Origin: a virus
Taxonomy: Duplodnaviria; Caudoviricetes
Virus record (IMG/VR): IMGVR_UViG_3300033145_000719
Location: 1-55,467 of that record
Length of the DNA stretch: 55,467 nucleotides
Strand: one strand, 5' to 3'
In this document: positions 36,438-46,211 of the stretch, one piece after another
Numbering within the stretch: position 1 is the stretch's first letter
How the letters are laid out: each line of letters starts with the position of its first letter
Notes under the pieces: generated by a model
Databases searched by the model: none
What the model saw: only the letters and a program-made list of their open reading frames with translations
What the model was told of the DNA's origin: nothing
Translations under genes and position numbers: made by a program

Positions 36438-37421
36438 CTAATACAATAAGTGGCTTGCCAAATTCAACTTTGCTGTAGCAACTGCTCCAGCACCAATTTT
36501 CGGCCCTGTTATTTGATTATCACCGATTTTACCAGTTGTAACTGCACCGTCTGCTAAAGCTGTAGAATCAACCACACCAGCAGCAAACCTGCTGGATGTG
36601 TCAATTGCTCCGTCCGCCAACTTACCTGCAGTTACAGCACCAGTACCTAATTTTGCACTAGACACAGACCCATCGCCTAACTTTGCGTTAGTTACAGCAC
36701 CACTAGCAATCTTACCTTCAATAACAGCTAAAGCAGCAAGCTTATCACTATTCACAGCACCGTCCACAATTTCTGATGTCCCAACACTACCGTCAATCAA
36801 AGCTCCGCCATGAACCATCTTACCTGGGGTCATCATCAAACGTGCTACACCGTTATCATTTATAGCTACTAAAACATCATCTGTAGTAAGAGCAGGCTTA
36901 GTATCTGAAGTTTGAAACACAGTGTTATCCGTAGCGTCAAAATCCCACCAGACATACTTTTGTGAAGTATTACCATCCTGAATGGTATAATTCACACCTT
37001 TATACACAATATGACAATCAGTCCAAGCTATCGAGCCTGCTGATGGAGAGTCATTAGTAAACACAAAACCGTCTAATAGGTGGTGAGCCAGTTTTAAGTC
37101 GCGTGTTCCCACCTTACCAGTATCTACACCGGCGGTTCTGGCTGCCACGTCATAAAGGACGTTTATCCTGTAGTCAATATCGTGCAGAATACTTTTAAAT
37201 TTAGTATCTAACAGACGTGTAACAACCTCTTCAATTTCCTTTGATGGCTTAGCAGACTCTTCATCATCATACAAAGCCTCTCCATTAGAATTAGTCATAC
37301 TACCAACAACTTCCTCACTCATACGACCTATTAGGCTAACCACATTGTTAAGCATCTTTTCGCGCTCTTTAAGTATTAAAGTTTTTGTAGAATTCGGTAA
37401 GAAGAAGTTTTTGTTCATCAT
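36438..37421 (-). CDS. Tail fibre-like protein
   Basis: GAVTxxKL/I decapeptide repeats; domain shared with the 1058-aa fibre. Confidence 0.78.
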   Translation of the reverse strand: MMNKNFFLPNSTKTLILKEREKMLNNVVSLIGRMSEEVVGSMTNSNGEALYDDEESAKPSKEIEEVVTRLLDTKFKSILHDIDYRINVLYDVAARTAGVDTGKVGTRDLKLAHHLLDGFVFTNDSPSAGSIAWTDCHIVYKGVNYTIQDGNTSQKYVWWDFDATDNTVFQTSDTKPALTTDDVLVAINDNGVARLMMTPGKMVHGGALIDGSVGTSEIVDGAVNSDKLAALAVIEGKIASGAVTNAKLGDGSVSSAKLGTGAVTAGKLADGAIDTSSRFAAGVVDSTALADGAVTTGKIGDNQITGPKIGAGAVATAKLNLASHLLY

Positions 37422-37450
37422 AAATCCTCCCAACTCAACTCAAATAAACT

Positions 37451-37870
37451 CTAATAAAGAATATGAGTTTGCCAATTAGTCTTGGCTTCTGTAACAGCAC
37501 CAGCGGCAAGCTTCATATCTGTAACAGCGTCATCATCTAAGTGAGGCGTCTTGATTGCTCCTACAGCAATTTTAGCTTCAGTAACTGCTTCATCAGCAAG
37601 CTGTAATTCATGTTCTAAACCAACCAAAGTATCAGTTAAATTTTCTACAGGAAACGTCCCATCAGAATTTATATTATCAGCCCTATCCCAGACACTGGCT
37701 TTTGTCGGCAAATTTTTTACTGCTCCGCCAGTGGACTGTTTAACGTATCCTTGTAATAAGGACAACATCCGTTCAATCTCTGCAAAATTGCGGTTGAGCA
37801 GTGGAATTATGTCTTCGTTAAAGTCTGTTAGTCTAAAAGGTAACTTTACAACGTCCTGTTCACGAGCCAT
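37451..37870 (-). CDS. Tail protein with AVTEAK repeats
   Basis: Same repeats and a similar C-terminus (HILY vs HLLY) as the neighbour. Confidence 0.7.
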   Translation of the reverse strand: MAREQDVVKLPFRLTDFNEDIIPLLNRNFAEIERMLSLLQGYVKQSTGGAVKNLPTKASVWDRADNINSDGTFPVENLTDTLVGLEHELQLADEAVTEAKIAVGAIKTPHLDDDAVTDMKLAAGAVTEAKTNWQTHILY

Positions 37871-37881
37871 AATAAATCACC

Positions 37882-39282
37882 TCACCCTGCTCTACCTAAT
37901 CTATACTGCAACACAAAACCCCTTACTTCAAAATTCTGATCAACAGTATCATGATAAAACCTAGGTTTCATATACCTCCATTTAGAACTAATAGGTCTCT
38001 TAAAACGCCTAACTAGCTCTTCCGTCCTGTCAACAGTCAAGCTAGTCCAAGCACCATAATCAAACGACAACTGAACAGCAACATCATTAGCTCCTGGACT
38101 GTCTACAATGAACGCCCTTCCAGCTTTCTTACGCTTCTCAACAGCATCTATATCAAACGCCTTACCATCCCAGTAAGATACAATAGCATTACCGGCATCA
38201 GAATAACCTACATCTTGTTGTAAGATATAACCGTCAACTGAGCTTCCAGCATATAATAAAAGCTGTTTCCCGTCATTAAACTCTTGCAAACAGGAGATGT
38301 TTATTCCACTCCAAGGCCACCATGCTGACGTTTTCGGATTGTACACTAATACAAGATTATTATAAGTACTTCCATCTACAGGTACTGCAAACCACAACAA
38401 CCCATCCCAACGTCCAGCTACAGCCTTGTGTAAATGTTCGTTATTGACCCTAGACCACAAACAGGGAATTTTGTTACGTGTTAAATTTTCAGTTTTAGCG
38501 CCATTGTAAACATATATACCATCATCCGCTACAAAATACAAATACATACCCTCAAATACTACTGCTCTAGGTCCTACAGCACCAATATTAGGTTCTATTA
38601 AATCCAATCGAAAGTCATCTAAACTAGTACCACGCAAAGAGTATATAGAATACCGCTTAAAAATAGTAAGCTCTCCAAGGTAAGGTACAAGCACTGTTAT
38701 AATGTCACCATCGCCTTTTTCTATATCCCAATAATTAACTTCAGGCCATGATTCAGGCTGAAAACTGTCACTCCATTTCAAAGTAGACGGATCACTTTTT
38801 GGAACAGTGAACAACTTTTCTTTGTGAAGCACACAAAATTGACCGTCGGCAGGCGCGTTGGCAAGCACGCTAGCAGTTGTGCCATCCCACTTCCACGGCT
38901 TATTTACGCCATTGAAAGCCACCATATAATTGACTAAAGTTTCAAAGTAAACAGAAGCCGTAACATCAAGCCCATCTGGGTAATCCTCACTAGGTAGCGT
39001 TATCTGTTGAAATGCTGACCCATCCCAGTAATAAGGAACGCCATTGGATGTTGTGACCAGTTTTCTGTCTACACCATAGTAATAAGCATGAAGCCCTTGA
39101 ATCGGACCTCCCAAGTCGTCGGTATTCAGCTTCGCTTGTCCCTTACGTTTTGTTAGCGAACCTATATGCGTAGCAACAACATTTTGGCAGTCACTGGCCT
39201 CGTTGTCAGCAATGAGATTGTCATCCACTTTATCATTAAGACCACCTGAAAAGTCACGTATTTTCCACTCCAAAAAAGCCAT
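37882..39282 (-). CDS. Podovirus tail nozzle (tubular B / P22 gp10-like)
   Basis: DFSGGLN...NV...GSLTKRKG N-terminus; beta-rich; follows the adaptor gene. Confidence 0.75.
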   Translation of the reverse strand: MAFLEWKIRDFSGGLNDKVDDNLIADNEASDCQNVVATHIGSLTKRKGQAKLNTDDLGGPIQGLHAYYYGVDRKLVTTSNGVPYYWDGSAFQQITLPSEDYPDGLDVTASVYFETLVNYMVAFNGVNKPWKWDGTTASVLANAPADGQFCVLHKEKLFTVPKSDPSTLKWSDSFQPESWPEVNYWDIEKGDGDIITVLVPYLGELTIFKRYSIYSLRGTSLDDFRLDLIEPNIGAVGPRAVVFEGMYLYFVADDGIYVYNGAKTENLTRNKIPCLWSRVNNEHLHKAVAGRWDGLLWFAVPVDGSTYNNLVLVYNPKTSAWWPWSGINISCLQEFNDGKQLLLYAGSSVDGYILQQDVGYSDAGNAIVSYWDGKAFDIDAVEKRKKAGRAFIVDSPGANDVAVQLSFDYGAWTSLTVDRTEELVRRFKRPISSKWRYMKPRFYHDTVDQNFEVRGFVLQYRLGRAG

Positions 39283-39296
39283 CGTCGTTTCACCGC

Positions 39297-39878
39297 CTAT
39301 TCATGACCGACTGTAGATGACATAGGATTAGCCATAGCATTTAGTATGCTCCACTCGTATTTCTTTTGATCATATATATCTTTAAATTGATTTACACGCG
39401 GGTCACTCTCGTCCATTAACGCAAGCATCCATGCAGCATATGCTATAAGTACACCGTCAGCATCTTTTATGCTTGGAGTATCATTATCATCAACCATATC
39501 AACAGGTCTTGCAATGCCCAGAATTTTCAATGTACCGCTTTGCGATGGTATTGGGTAAAAATAAATGTCGTCTCCTATAACGTAAACACAATCAGGCAAT
39601 CCAGTAACACCCTGCTCAGGTGGGATTCCGTAGTAGATGTCTAATTCATACCGCTGATTACCGTAGTCGAAAAACATGTTTTTTGGTATAAGAACGTCAT
39701 CAGGCTTGCTAACGTATTCATCGCCTGAACTTACAGAAACAGACCACAGCGTTCGCGTACTCGACATTTTGCTAAGCTCACGCTGAGCATCGTTGAGATG
39801 CGGTGTTATCAAATCTGCTGATAAGTTGGGGTCGTCAAGCATATTCCTAACTGCGGTAATCAATTGTATTAGCGTCAT
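39297..39878 (-). CDS. Head-tail adaptor protein
   Basis: MTLIQLITAVRNML...LNDAQ...IYFYPIP pattern; start reassigned to ATG 39878. Confidence 0.75.
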   Translation of the reverse strand: MTLIQLITAVRNMLDDPNLSADLITPHLNDAQRELSKMSSTRTLWSVSVSSGDEYVSKPDDVLIPKNMFFDYGNQRYELDIYYGIPPEQGVTGLPDCVYVIGDDIYFYPIPSQSGTLKILGIARPVDMVDDNDTPSIKDADGVLIAYAAWMLALMDESDPRVNQFKDIYDQKKYEWSILNAMANPMSSTVGHE

Positions 39879-39879
39879 A

Positions 39880-40266
39880 TCAAACCACCTTCTCATTATC
39901 AATAGAGAAGCCAGGATATAAAGTGGTACCGAAGTATTTAAAAGCATCCGCCGCGTCAGCTTCCAACTCGCGCAGATACTGGTCGCTTTCCTCGCCAAGC
40001 TCTGTGTTATGTGCTCGTATCCTAGCCAAAAACTCCTGCCAAGGTCGTACCTTATTGCACATTAGCCAAATACCCTTGCGCACTTCAGCCACAACCCGGC
40101 AGTCGAGCACGCTAAACTCCCCTAGGCAGTATTCTTCACGTGCCTCGTCCAAACCCCAAATCTCGTACTTTTGCGTATCCGAATTAAAGAAAACCCGGAG
40201 CGTCGGGTCTAGCTCCCGCAAACGCTCCGGGATGTCAAACACATGGCTAGTCAATTCAACCATCAT
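39880..40266 (-). CDS. Hypothetical protein
   Basis: Packed within the structural operon. Confidence 0.65.
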   Translation of the reverse strand: MMVELTSHVFDIPERLRELDPTLRVFFNSDTQKYEIWGLDEAREEYCLGEFSVLDCRVVAEVRKGIWLMCNKVRPWQEFLARIRAHNTELGEESDQYLRELEADAADAFKYFGTTLYPGFSIDNEKVV

Positions 40267-40478
40267 ACCAGCTTCTCCACCTGCTCTGCTGTCAGCGGAT
40301 CGGCGGTATTAGTGCTATCGGTCACACTCGCAGCTCCATCATAGTGCAGCCCGTCAGCTGCCAAATGCGCATTGTATTTGGTACGTAAAGCGCTGAGGTC
40401 AGCCTGCAGTTTATTCACCTGCTGCCGGAGCTTCTCTACTATATCAGAAGGAGTGTCCGGTTTAGCTTTCACTACCAC
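40263..40478 (-). CDS. Small virion/head-fibre-like protein
   Basis: GGAGGTG RBS; short coiled coil right after the capsid gene. Confidence 0.55.
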   Translation of the reverse strand: MVVKAKPDTPSDIVEKLRQQVNKLQADLSALRTKYNAHLAADGLHYDGAASVTDSTNTADPLTAEQVEKLV

Positions 40479-40533
40479 GAAAAACACCTCCAATATAAAG
40501 CTAAAGCACCAGGCATTAGCCTAACGCTTGTCC

Positions 40534-41745
40534 TTACGCCTCCGTAATGTTCGTGACCTTGGCGCTCATATTACGGTGAAGCGTTATCAGGTTGGCGTCC
40601 CAGACCCACAGGGCTTTGTAAGTCCTGTCGCCAGCCCACTTCAATATACCTTCACCCAAGTTGACGAACCCCGGCTCACTGAGCTGTCCGAAAACAAGCG
40701 CTTTCTCATCCGTTTCCTCACCCAGCTCCAGGGCCAGGAAGTAGGCCGTACCGGAGGGGCAGTCAACGTCTTCCGTCAGCGCCACACCGTTCCAGGAGAT
40801 AGCCTCATAACCGCCAGGCAGCTTGATTTTATCACTGCTTACTGGAATGCGCTTGAAGCTCTCCAGATAAGCGGCGGCAGCGCTAACAACGCCAGGAGTG
40901 GTTATAATCAAGTCAACCTTACCACCGCTCTGCGTCCTAATCTCCCGCATAGGCTTGTCGAACAGGCTAAAGGACACGTCCCCGCCGGTTGTATCCACAT
41001 AAGCAGCAGCCCACTCTTCGTAACCGGCAGTAGCAGGGTCAACACCGCCTACAGCGCCAGTCTCGGAGACGATCTTCTCCAGGCCATCGAACTCCTTATT
41101 ATAAGTACCATAACGGGTTACGAAGTCACCGTTTACAATCCCCAAAGACGTCCCGGAAATTGTAAACGTCGAGCTAGTCTTATCTACAGAGATAATCTGT
41201 TTTTTGCTCAGCCTATCCGAACCATCATTCTGCTTAACGTCAATATACATGTTCTTTCTGAGGTACTTAACACTGTCAACAGTCACGACGGTATTACCGC
41301 CAGACTCCGAGGTGCTGGAAACAGTAGCCAGCTTACCGCTGCCATTCCCAAATAGCTGGCGGTTGATGTCCTTACGCAGGTTGCGAGTAAGACTCTCAAA
41401 CTTGAAACTCTTCAAGTCCTCAAACACTGCTTCCTTACCTCTGCCACTGTTGAGTGCCCTCAAGGACAGCTGAGCCACTCCGGTCTGCTGAGTGCTGTAG
41501 TATTTAGCACCCTCGGTGATCTCGTTTGTCGGCTCTGGTAGAGGATCATACTCCCCACCAGCACCAATACCTTCGTTCAATCCAAGCTCTAGCGGGACGT
41601 AGAAGTAACGTCCACTCATATCTACATAATCAAGAGTTTTCTCCAACTCCTGCAACAGCACGGTCTTGACAAAGACCTGGCTGGCGATAGCAGGAGCGTA
41701 CTTTTCTTTCAGTATAGCCTCATAATATTGAATGTTTGTAGCCAA
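40534..41745 (-). CDS. Major capsid protein
   Basis: About 403 aa after the scaffold; DINRQLFGNGSG, FDGLEKIV; TTG start after GGAGGTG. Confidence 0.85.
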   Translation of the reverse strand: MATNIQYYEAILKEKYAPAIASQVFVKTVLLQELEKTLDYVDMSGRYFYVPLELGLNEGIGAGGEYDPLPEPTNEITEGAKYYSTQQTGVAQLSLRALNSGRGKEAVFEDLKSFKFESLTRNLRKDINRQLFGNGSGKLATVSSTSESGGNTVVTVDSVKYLRKNMYIDVKQNDGSDRLSKKQIISVDKTSSTFTISGTSLGIVNGDFVTRYGTYNKEFDGLEKIVSETGAVGGVDPATAGYEEWAAAYVDTTGGDVSFSLFDKPMREIRTQSGGKVDLIITTPGVVSAAAAYLESFKRIPVSSDKIKLPGGYEAISWNGVALTEDVDCPSGTAYFLALELGEETDEKALVFGQLSEPGFVNLGEGILKWAGDRTYKALWVWDANLITLHRNMSAKVTNITEA

Positions 41746-41765
41746 TTTCGTCACCTCCAGTAAAA

Positions 41766-42599
41766 TTAGGCTCCTGTAACACCTCTGTCTATCGCATCTA
41801 ACAACTCCCTAATCCCTCTTCTAGCCTGCCTGAAGTTCCTCGGAGGCGGAGCCTCGCCGCTAGGGGCAGAACCTCCTCTGCCTTCAGGAGCAGGCGGCTG
41901 TTCACTCTGCTGTTTTTCCATCATGGCAGCCATAATCCGCTCAGCCGGTGTACCGCCCTCACCGTCACGCATCTTGTCTACTGCCCACACGTTAACCGCC
42001 TTATCCAACGGCAGCCCAGGATACTGTGTGGCAATCCGCAGGAGTTCCTGCTCATTAAGCTCTGGCAGGATCGGGAACTCCTCCGTCAACTGGTTGTAAA
42101 GCTGCTTGGCGTTATTCATCTCCTTTTCCAAAGCGACTTCAGCCTGTCCTCGCTCTAAGCGGGAAAGCCTTTCCATAATTTCAGGTGGCACACTCGCCTC
42201 TTGGCTCGCTGCCTCAGTCGTAGTCTCCTCACTACCACCGGACCCAGCAACCTGCTGTGTTTGTTCCGATTGAACTGTTTGCATACCGGCACCTCCTTGC
42301 AAGTACCGTTCTATCGCATCCGCCACAGCGTTAGCCAAGCCGGGGTCGCTGGAAAGCAGGTTGTACAGATTAGCAACCGTTTCCATACCAGAGTCCGTAG
42401 CAAATTGTTGCTGGGCAGCCTGTGTTTGTCCCTTCTCGCCCTTCCCTTGCTTGCTACCGGGCATCAGATTATCTACCTCCTTACTGCCTTCCGGCTTAGA
42501 ATCATCTCCCTGCGTATCACCTCTTTCTTTTGTATTCTCGCCACTTTCTTCTGCAAACAATTGCAAGTCAAATTTCGTCTCCAGTTCCTCAAAACTCAC
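41766..42599 (-). CDS. Capsid scaffolding protein
   Basis: N-terminal FDLQLFAE motif; acidic, low complexity; between portal and capsid. Confidence 0.82.
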   Translation of the reverse strand: MSFEELETKFDLQLFAEESGENTKERGDTQGDDSKPEGSKEVDNLMPGSKQGKGEKGQTQAAQQQFATDSGMETVANLYNLLSSDPGLANAVADAIERYLQGGAGMQTVQSEQTQQVAGSGGSEETTTEAASQEASVPPEIMERLSRLERGQAEVALEKEMNNAKQLYNQLTEEFPILPELNEQELLRIATQYPGLPLDKAVNVWAVDKMRDGEGGTPAERIMAAMMEKQQSEQPPAPEGRGGSAPSGEAPPPRNFRQARRGIRELLDAIDRGVTGA

Positions 42600-44400
42600 C
42601 TGTAACACCTCCTGATTGCTGTAACGGCCTTCTGTAGGCCGCCTGTTGCTGTTGTAACATACTTCTATGTGCCGCATCGTGTGCCCTAAACAACTCCTTG
42701 CGTTCTTCATCCAAATCCTCATACTGTGCTGTCTTTCTGAAGCGGTTGTGCTCGACTATATGGACAGCATGGTTGTGGTAATCTTCAACCTCTGCGTATT
42801 CACCTCCTAACATCCTTTGAATTTCACGTTGTGCCTGGCTCTTATCCAGCTCAATATCCTGGTAAATTTCCTGATTAGTGCCATAATCGCTAAGCCGCAG
42901 AAGCAGGCTTGGGTCTTGCAGTATCCCTCTATCCCAAAGCTCGTAAAGCTCCTGCTGCTGCTGTATCCGAGACTTCGGTAGGGTCGAGAAAGGTTTTACC
43001 CTGACATCCGCATCCGCCGGAATATCCCGCGCTTTGAAAAGCTCTGTCTGCCAAGTCCTATCCTCACCCACGATACGGATAATGCGAGGCACTGTGTAGT
43101 ATTTTCTAGCCAACTTCAAAGCTGCACTCATCGCATGGCCAACCATACTCTCAAATGCCCTGGCTGTAACCGCTAAGCGGGTCTCATCCTGCTCCAATAG
43201 ATAAGCCACCTGCGCCGCAGAACGCACCCCTCTGGGAACAACTCCCCGCGAAACCTCACTAATGCCGGAAATATCGTCCCGTTCCTGCCAGAGCCGCATC
43301 AATATATTCATGGTAGCCTGGTTAAATGGCTCAATCTTAACCTGATCTATCTCACCACTGACCAACGGGTTATAGTACATTACCTCCCCCGGCTCAAACT
43401 TTGGTGGCTCCAAGAAGGCGTTCACCGGGGCCTTTAGCGGAGGGCTAGACAGCTTCGAGGTATTCTCCACAACATCGCTTCGTATCTTGTTGTACATCAC
43501 ATTAACTTGTCTCAGATAGCTGACCACGCTCTCGCCGTATAGACTATCAACTACCGGGATATGCTGCATAGCGTAGTACGGAATAGGGCAAATGTCGTAA
43601 TAAGGATTGTCACCCGCGTAAAGCTCCTTTTTTCCTGCTATGACCGCATACCTGCCGTTCGGGTATTTGACACTCGGTTTCTCCCAATACTCCTTGACTA
43701 AAACGGAGGGTAGACTATTTCCAGCCCCGTAGTGGTCGCTCCTTCCGTCAAACAACGTATCCTCGCCAACTACACCCCTTGTTGTAACAGCGTCAGAAGA
43801 AACGCGCTCGCCATACTTCTGCTTCACGTAATCCGGCGACCGCAGGCGAGCCTGAATTATCCAGGATGCCTCTTCCAAAGACCTGGCAAAGGGATCAATA
43901 AACAGCTCGAAAGGCGAGCAGTAGTCTATCAGGACCTCTCCCAGAGGGTAACGCTTCCCACTGACATTTGTTACAGGTCCAGCAGTAGGGTCGTAATACA
44001 CCTTGACAAAGCCAGTCCCACACACCAGACACCACAACAGCGCCCTCTTAAACGACTCGTCATAATGCTTCGTATCCCAGAGATAGTCCAAGAACATTTT
44101 ACCTATCTTGGACTTTGCTACGTCGTCCCTGTCAGTAGTAGTCGCTTTCACCCAATACGTTGGGCGGCTGCGGGTGAGCTTGGCGTACTCAATCCTCACC
44201 ACAGGCATAATTATATTCGCTGTCAAACGCGGCTTACGGTCATTAGGAACCCAATCAACCACGCGCCTGGCGTACTTGTCGTACACTACCCACTGCCTGT
44301 TACGATAAAAAGAGAGGTCGAGCTTCCATGACCTCTCACATCCACTCCGCCGCTGCTTCACCTGCTTAAACTTTTTATTTATATCATTGACAAGACCCAT
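42589..44400 (-). CDS. Portal protein
   Basis: 603 aa; GTGFVKVYYD, SPFELFIDP, DISGIS, SAAQV motifs of podovirus-type portals. Confidence 0.87.
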   Translation of the reverse strand: MGLVNDINKKFKQVKQRRSGCERSWKLDLSFYRNRQWVVYDKYARRVVDWVPNDRKPRLTANIIMPVVRIEYAKLTRSRPTYWVKATTTDRDDVAKSKIGKMFLDYLWDTKHYDESFKRALLWCLVCGTGFVKVYYDPTAGPVTNVSGKRYPLGEVLIDYCSPFELFIDPFARSLEEASWIIQARLRSPDYVKQKYGERVSSDAVTTRGVVGEDTLFDGRSDHYGAGNSLPSVLVKEYWEKPSVKYPNGRYAVIAGKKELYAGDNPYYDICPIPYYAMQHIPVVDSLYGESVVSYLRQVNVMYNKIRSDVVENTSKLSSPPLKAPVNAFLEPPKFEPGEVMYYNPLVSGEIDQVKIEPFNQATMNILMRLWQERDDISGISEVSRGVVPRGVRSAAQVAYLLEQDETRLAVTARAFESMVGHAMSAALKLARKYYTVPRIIRIVGEDRTWQTELFKARDIPADADVRVKPFSTLPKSRIQQQQELYELWDRGILQDPSLLLRLSDYGTNQEIYQDIELDKSQAQREIQRMLGGEYAEVEDYHNHAVHIVEHNRFRKTAQYEDLDEERKELFRAHDAAHRSMLQQQQAAYRRPLQQSGGVTGEF

Positions 44401-44418
44401 CTAAGGCCCCCCAATCAT

Positions 44419-44682
44419 TTACACACCTACATCCGATATTCCAAACTCTTCTTCAGACCGCACTTCTCCCTGTTGAGGTTGCTTCAGCTGCTTTTCTATA
44501 ACATCGGCCTGCTTAAACTCTGTAAAGTCTCGTGCCATCAACCTGTCCAAGAGGCTGTCACGTTCCTCCTTAAACTCCAATATCAGCACCTTCACCCTGT
44601 TCCAATGAGCACGATCATGTAAAAACAGAAAAGCCATCGTTACCAGCCAACAAAAAATAACCGCGTACATTGCTGCGGTCAC
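44419..44682 (-). CDS. Small membrane-anchored protein
   Basis: N-terminal TM; LLDRLMARDF. Confidence 0.6.
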   Translation of the reverse strand: MTAAMYAVIFCWLVTMAFLFLHDRAHWNRVKVLILEFKEERDSLLDRLMARDFTEFKQADVIEKQLKQPQQGEVRSEEEFGISDVGV

Positions 44683-44984
44683 TTCTTCTCACCTTCTTTC
44701 CCACACTTCTTGACGTGCGCAAGGAACTTACCTATGTTGGCAAATTCCTCACCGCACTTTTTACATACACGCACGACTTCCCCTTCCTTATCTACCTCTA
44801 AATCCTCTTCTTCCTCCCCAATTTCCTCAGTAGTCTCCTCTAGGTAAGGCTTCACGACTTCCACTACATCACGCACGCAGTCAAAGCATAGCCCATCGAA
44901 ACCTATCATTACAGCTTTGCCACGTATAAATTCCCTGCATAACAAACAAGCCCCGAAATACTCAGCCACCTCTGCTTTAGGCAT
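44679..44984 (-). CDS. Zinc-finger protein
   Basis: CxxC, CxxC and CxxC...HxxxC motifs. Confidence 0.65.
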   Translation of the reverse strand: MPKAEVAEYFGACLLCREFIRGKAVMIGFDGLCFDCVRDVVEVVKPYLEETTEEIGEEEEDLEVDKEGEVVRVCKKCGEEFANIGKFLAHVKKCGKEGEKK

Positions 44985-45175
44985 TAACCTTTCCTCCCTT
45001 TACTAAGCCTACGCAAAATAGCCGCCCGACGGTGCGGGTCGTCAATCCTCCTAGCCCCCTCACGTGCCTTATCATATGCAATAGCTGTAGCCTGCTTAGC
45101 ATCATAACCAGCTCCAATAAGCTCCCGTATGTTCTGTGAAATTGTTTTTTGTGAGTACCCACTCTTTAGTGGCAT
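44984..45175 (-). CDS. Conserved small phage protein (MPLK...QAxAIA)
   Basis: Motif typical of small genes near terminase/portal; AGGAGG RBS. Confidence 0.7.
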   Translation of the reverse strand: MPLKSGYSQKTISQNIRELIGAGYDAKQATAIAYDKAREGARRIDDPHRRAAILRRLSKGRKG

Positions 45176-45220
45176 AACAAAACCTCCTAAAGAAAAGCTG
45201 TTTAACTAACGCCACCCTTG

Positions 45221-45418
45221 TTAGTTCAAATAAGGTAATAAATCATTAAATGAAAATGCAGTATAAGAAACACCATTAACATTGAGCCATTCTCTTACTT
45301 TATCAACTAAAAGGTGAGGAGTTTCTTTTGTAACTGCAATTGGATTATTAGGGTCATCTTCCACAGTCACAGTTTGTTGTAAAGCCCACTCAATCGCTTG
45401 CAAGGTTTCTTCCGGCAT
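45221..45418 (-). CDS. Hypothetical protein
   Basis: GGAGGTG RBS then ATG 45418. Confidence 0.55.
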   Translation of the reverse strand: MPEETLQAIEWALQQTVTVEDDPNNPIAVTKETPHLLVDKVREWLNVNGVSYTAFSFNDLLPYLN

Positions 45419-45437
45419 CACAATAAACACCTCCAAA

Positions 45438-46196
45438 CTATCTGTTCATGTATTCTTCTACAATTGATATACTTCCACTCGTAGGTGCTACACTAGCTTG
45501 AATTCTGTATTGTATTTGAGAAACATATCTTAAAACTGGGAAATCTTCTGGCGTAATCACAACCAATTTATTTGAATCAGCAGGAATCGTTACCTCATAA
45601 ATCGTTGTGCCATCCGATTTAACAAAAGTATTATACATACTCGAAATTATACGGGCAGAATCTTTAAAAGTTATGGTTACATCTTGGTCAAGAGTGCTAT
45701 AAATATAAACGGCAATAAATTTAGAATCTACTTTCAGGCTGTCTGCATATGTGTACACACTGGTATCAGTAATTGCTAGTGCATCAACAACAGTTTCTAG
45801 CGTTTTACTGCCCGTTAGTTGAATATTGCCTGGATTCCCTGAAGTAAACAGCTCTGTTCCAGAAGAGTCTATCAGCATCGTATCTAAGCGGTCGCTTACA
45901 ACGCCCTCAACTGTAATCTCCCCTCGTTTGTAATTACCTACCTTGGGACGCAAATGCGTAATGCCTAAAACGTCAAACCGCACAATATTCGGAGCCCGAA
46001 CCACGCTGTCATAAACCTGAGCACCACCGACCTTACCAATATATGGTAAGTAAGTGCTCCCACCGTCAATACTAGCCTCAAAATAAACCCCTGCGTCAAA
46101 ATCCCCACTAACAGACACTACAGCAGTAACCTTGCCTCGACAGTCCAAAGCAGTACCTGACCCGTTTGAAGTTACTGAATTCAACAACGTTGGCAT
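45438..46196 (-). CDS. Beta-rich putative virion protein
   Basis: FEASIDGG motif; RBS; between terL and portal. Confidence 0.65.
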   Translation of the reverse strand: MPTLLNSVTSNGSGTALDCRGKVTAVVSVSGDFDAGVYFEASIDGGSTYLPYIGKVGGAQVYDSVVRAPNIVRFDVLGITHLRPKVGNYKRGEITVEGVVSDRLDTMLIDSSGTELFTSGNPGNIQLTGSKTLETVVDALAITDTSVYTYADSLKVDSKFIAVYIYSTLDQDVTITFKDSARIISSMYNTFVKSDGTTIYEVTIPADSNKLVVITPEDFPVLRYVSQIQYRIQASVAPTSGSISIVEEYMNR

Positions 46197-46211
46197 TGAC
46201 TTCTCGCCTCC

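Noticed and set aside
40528-41355. 275-aa plus-strand ORF
   Set aside because: Entirely antisense to the capsid gene; no motif or RBS; shadow ORF
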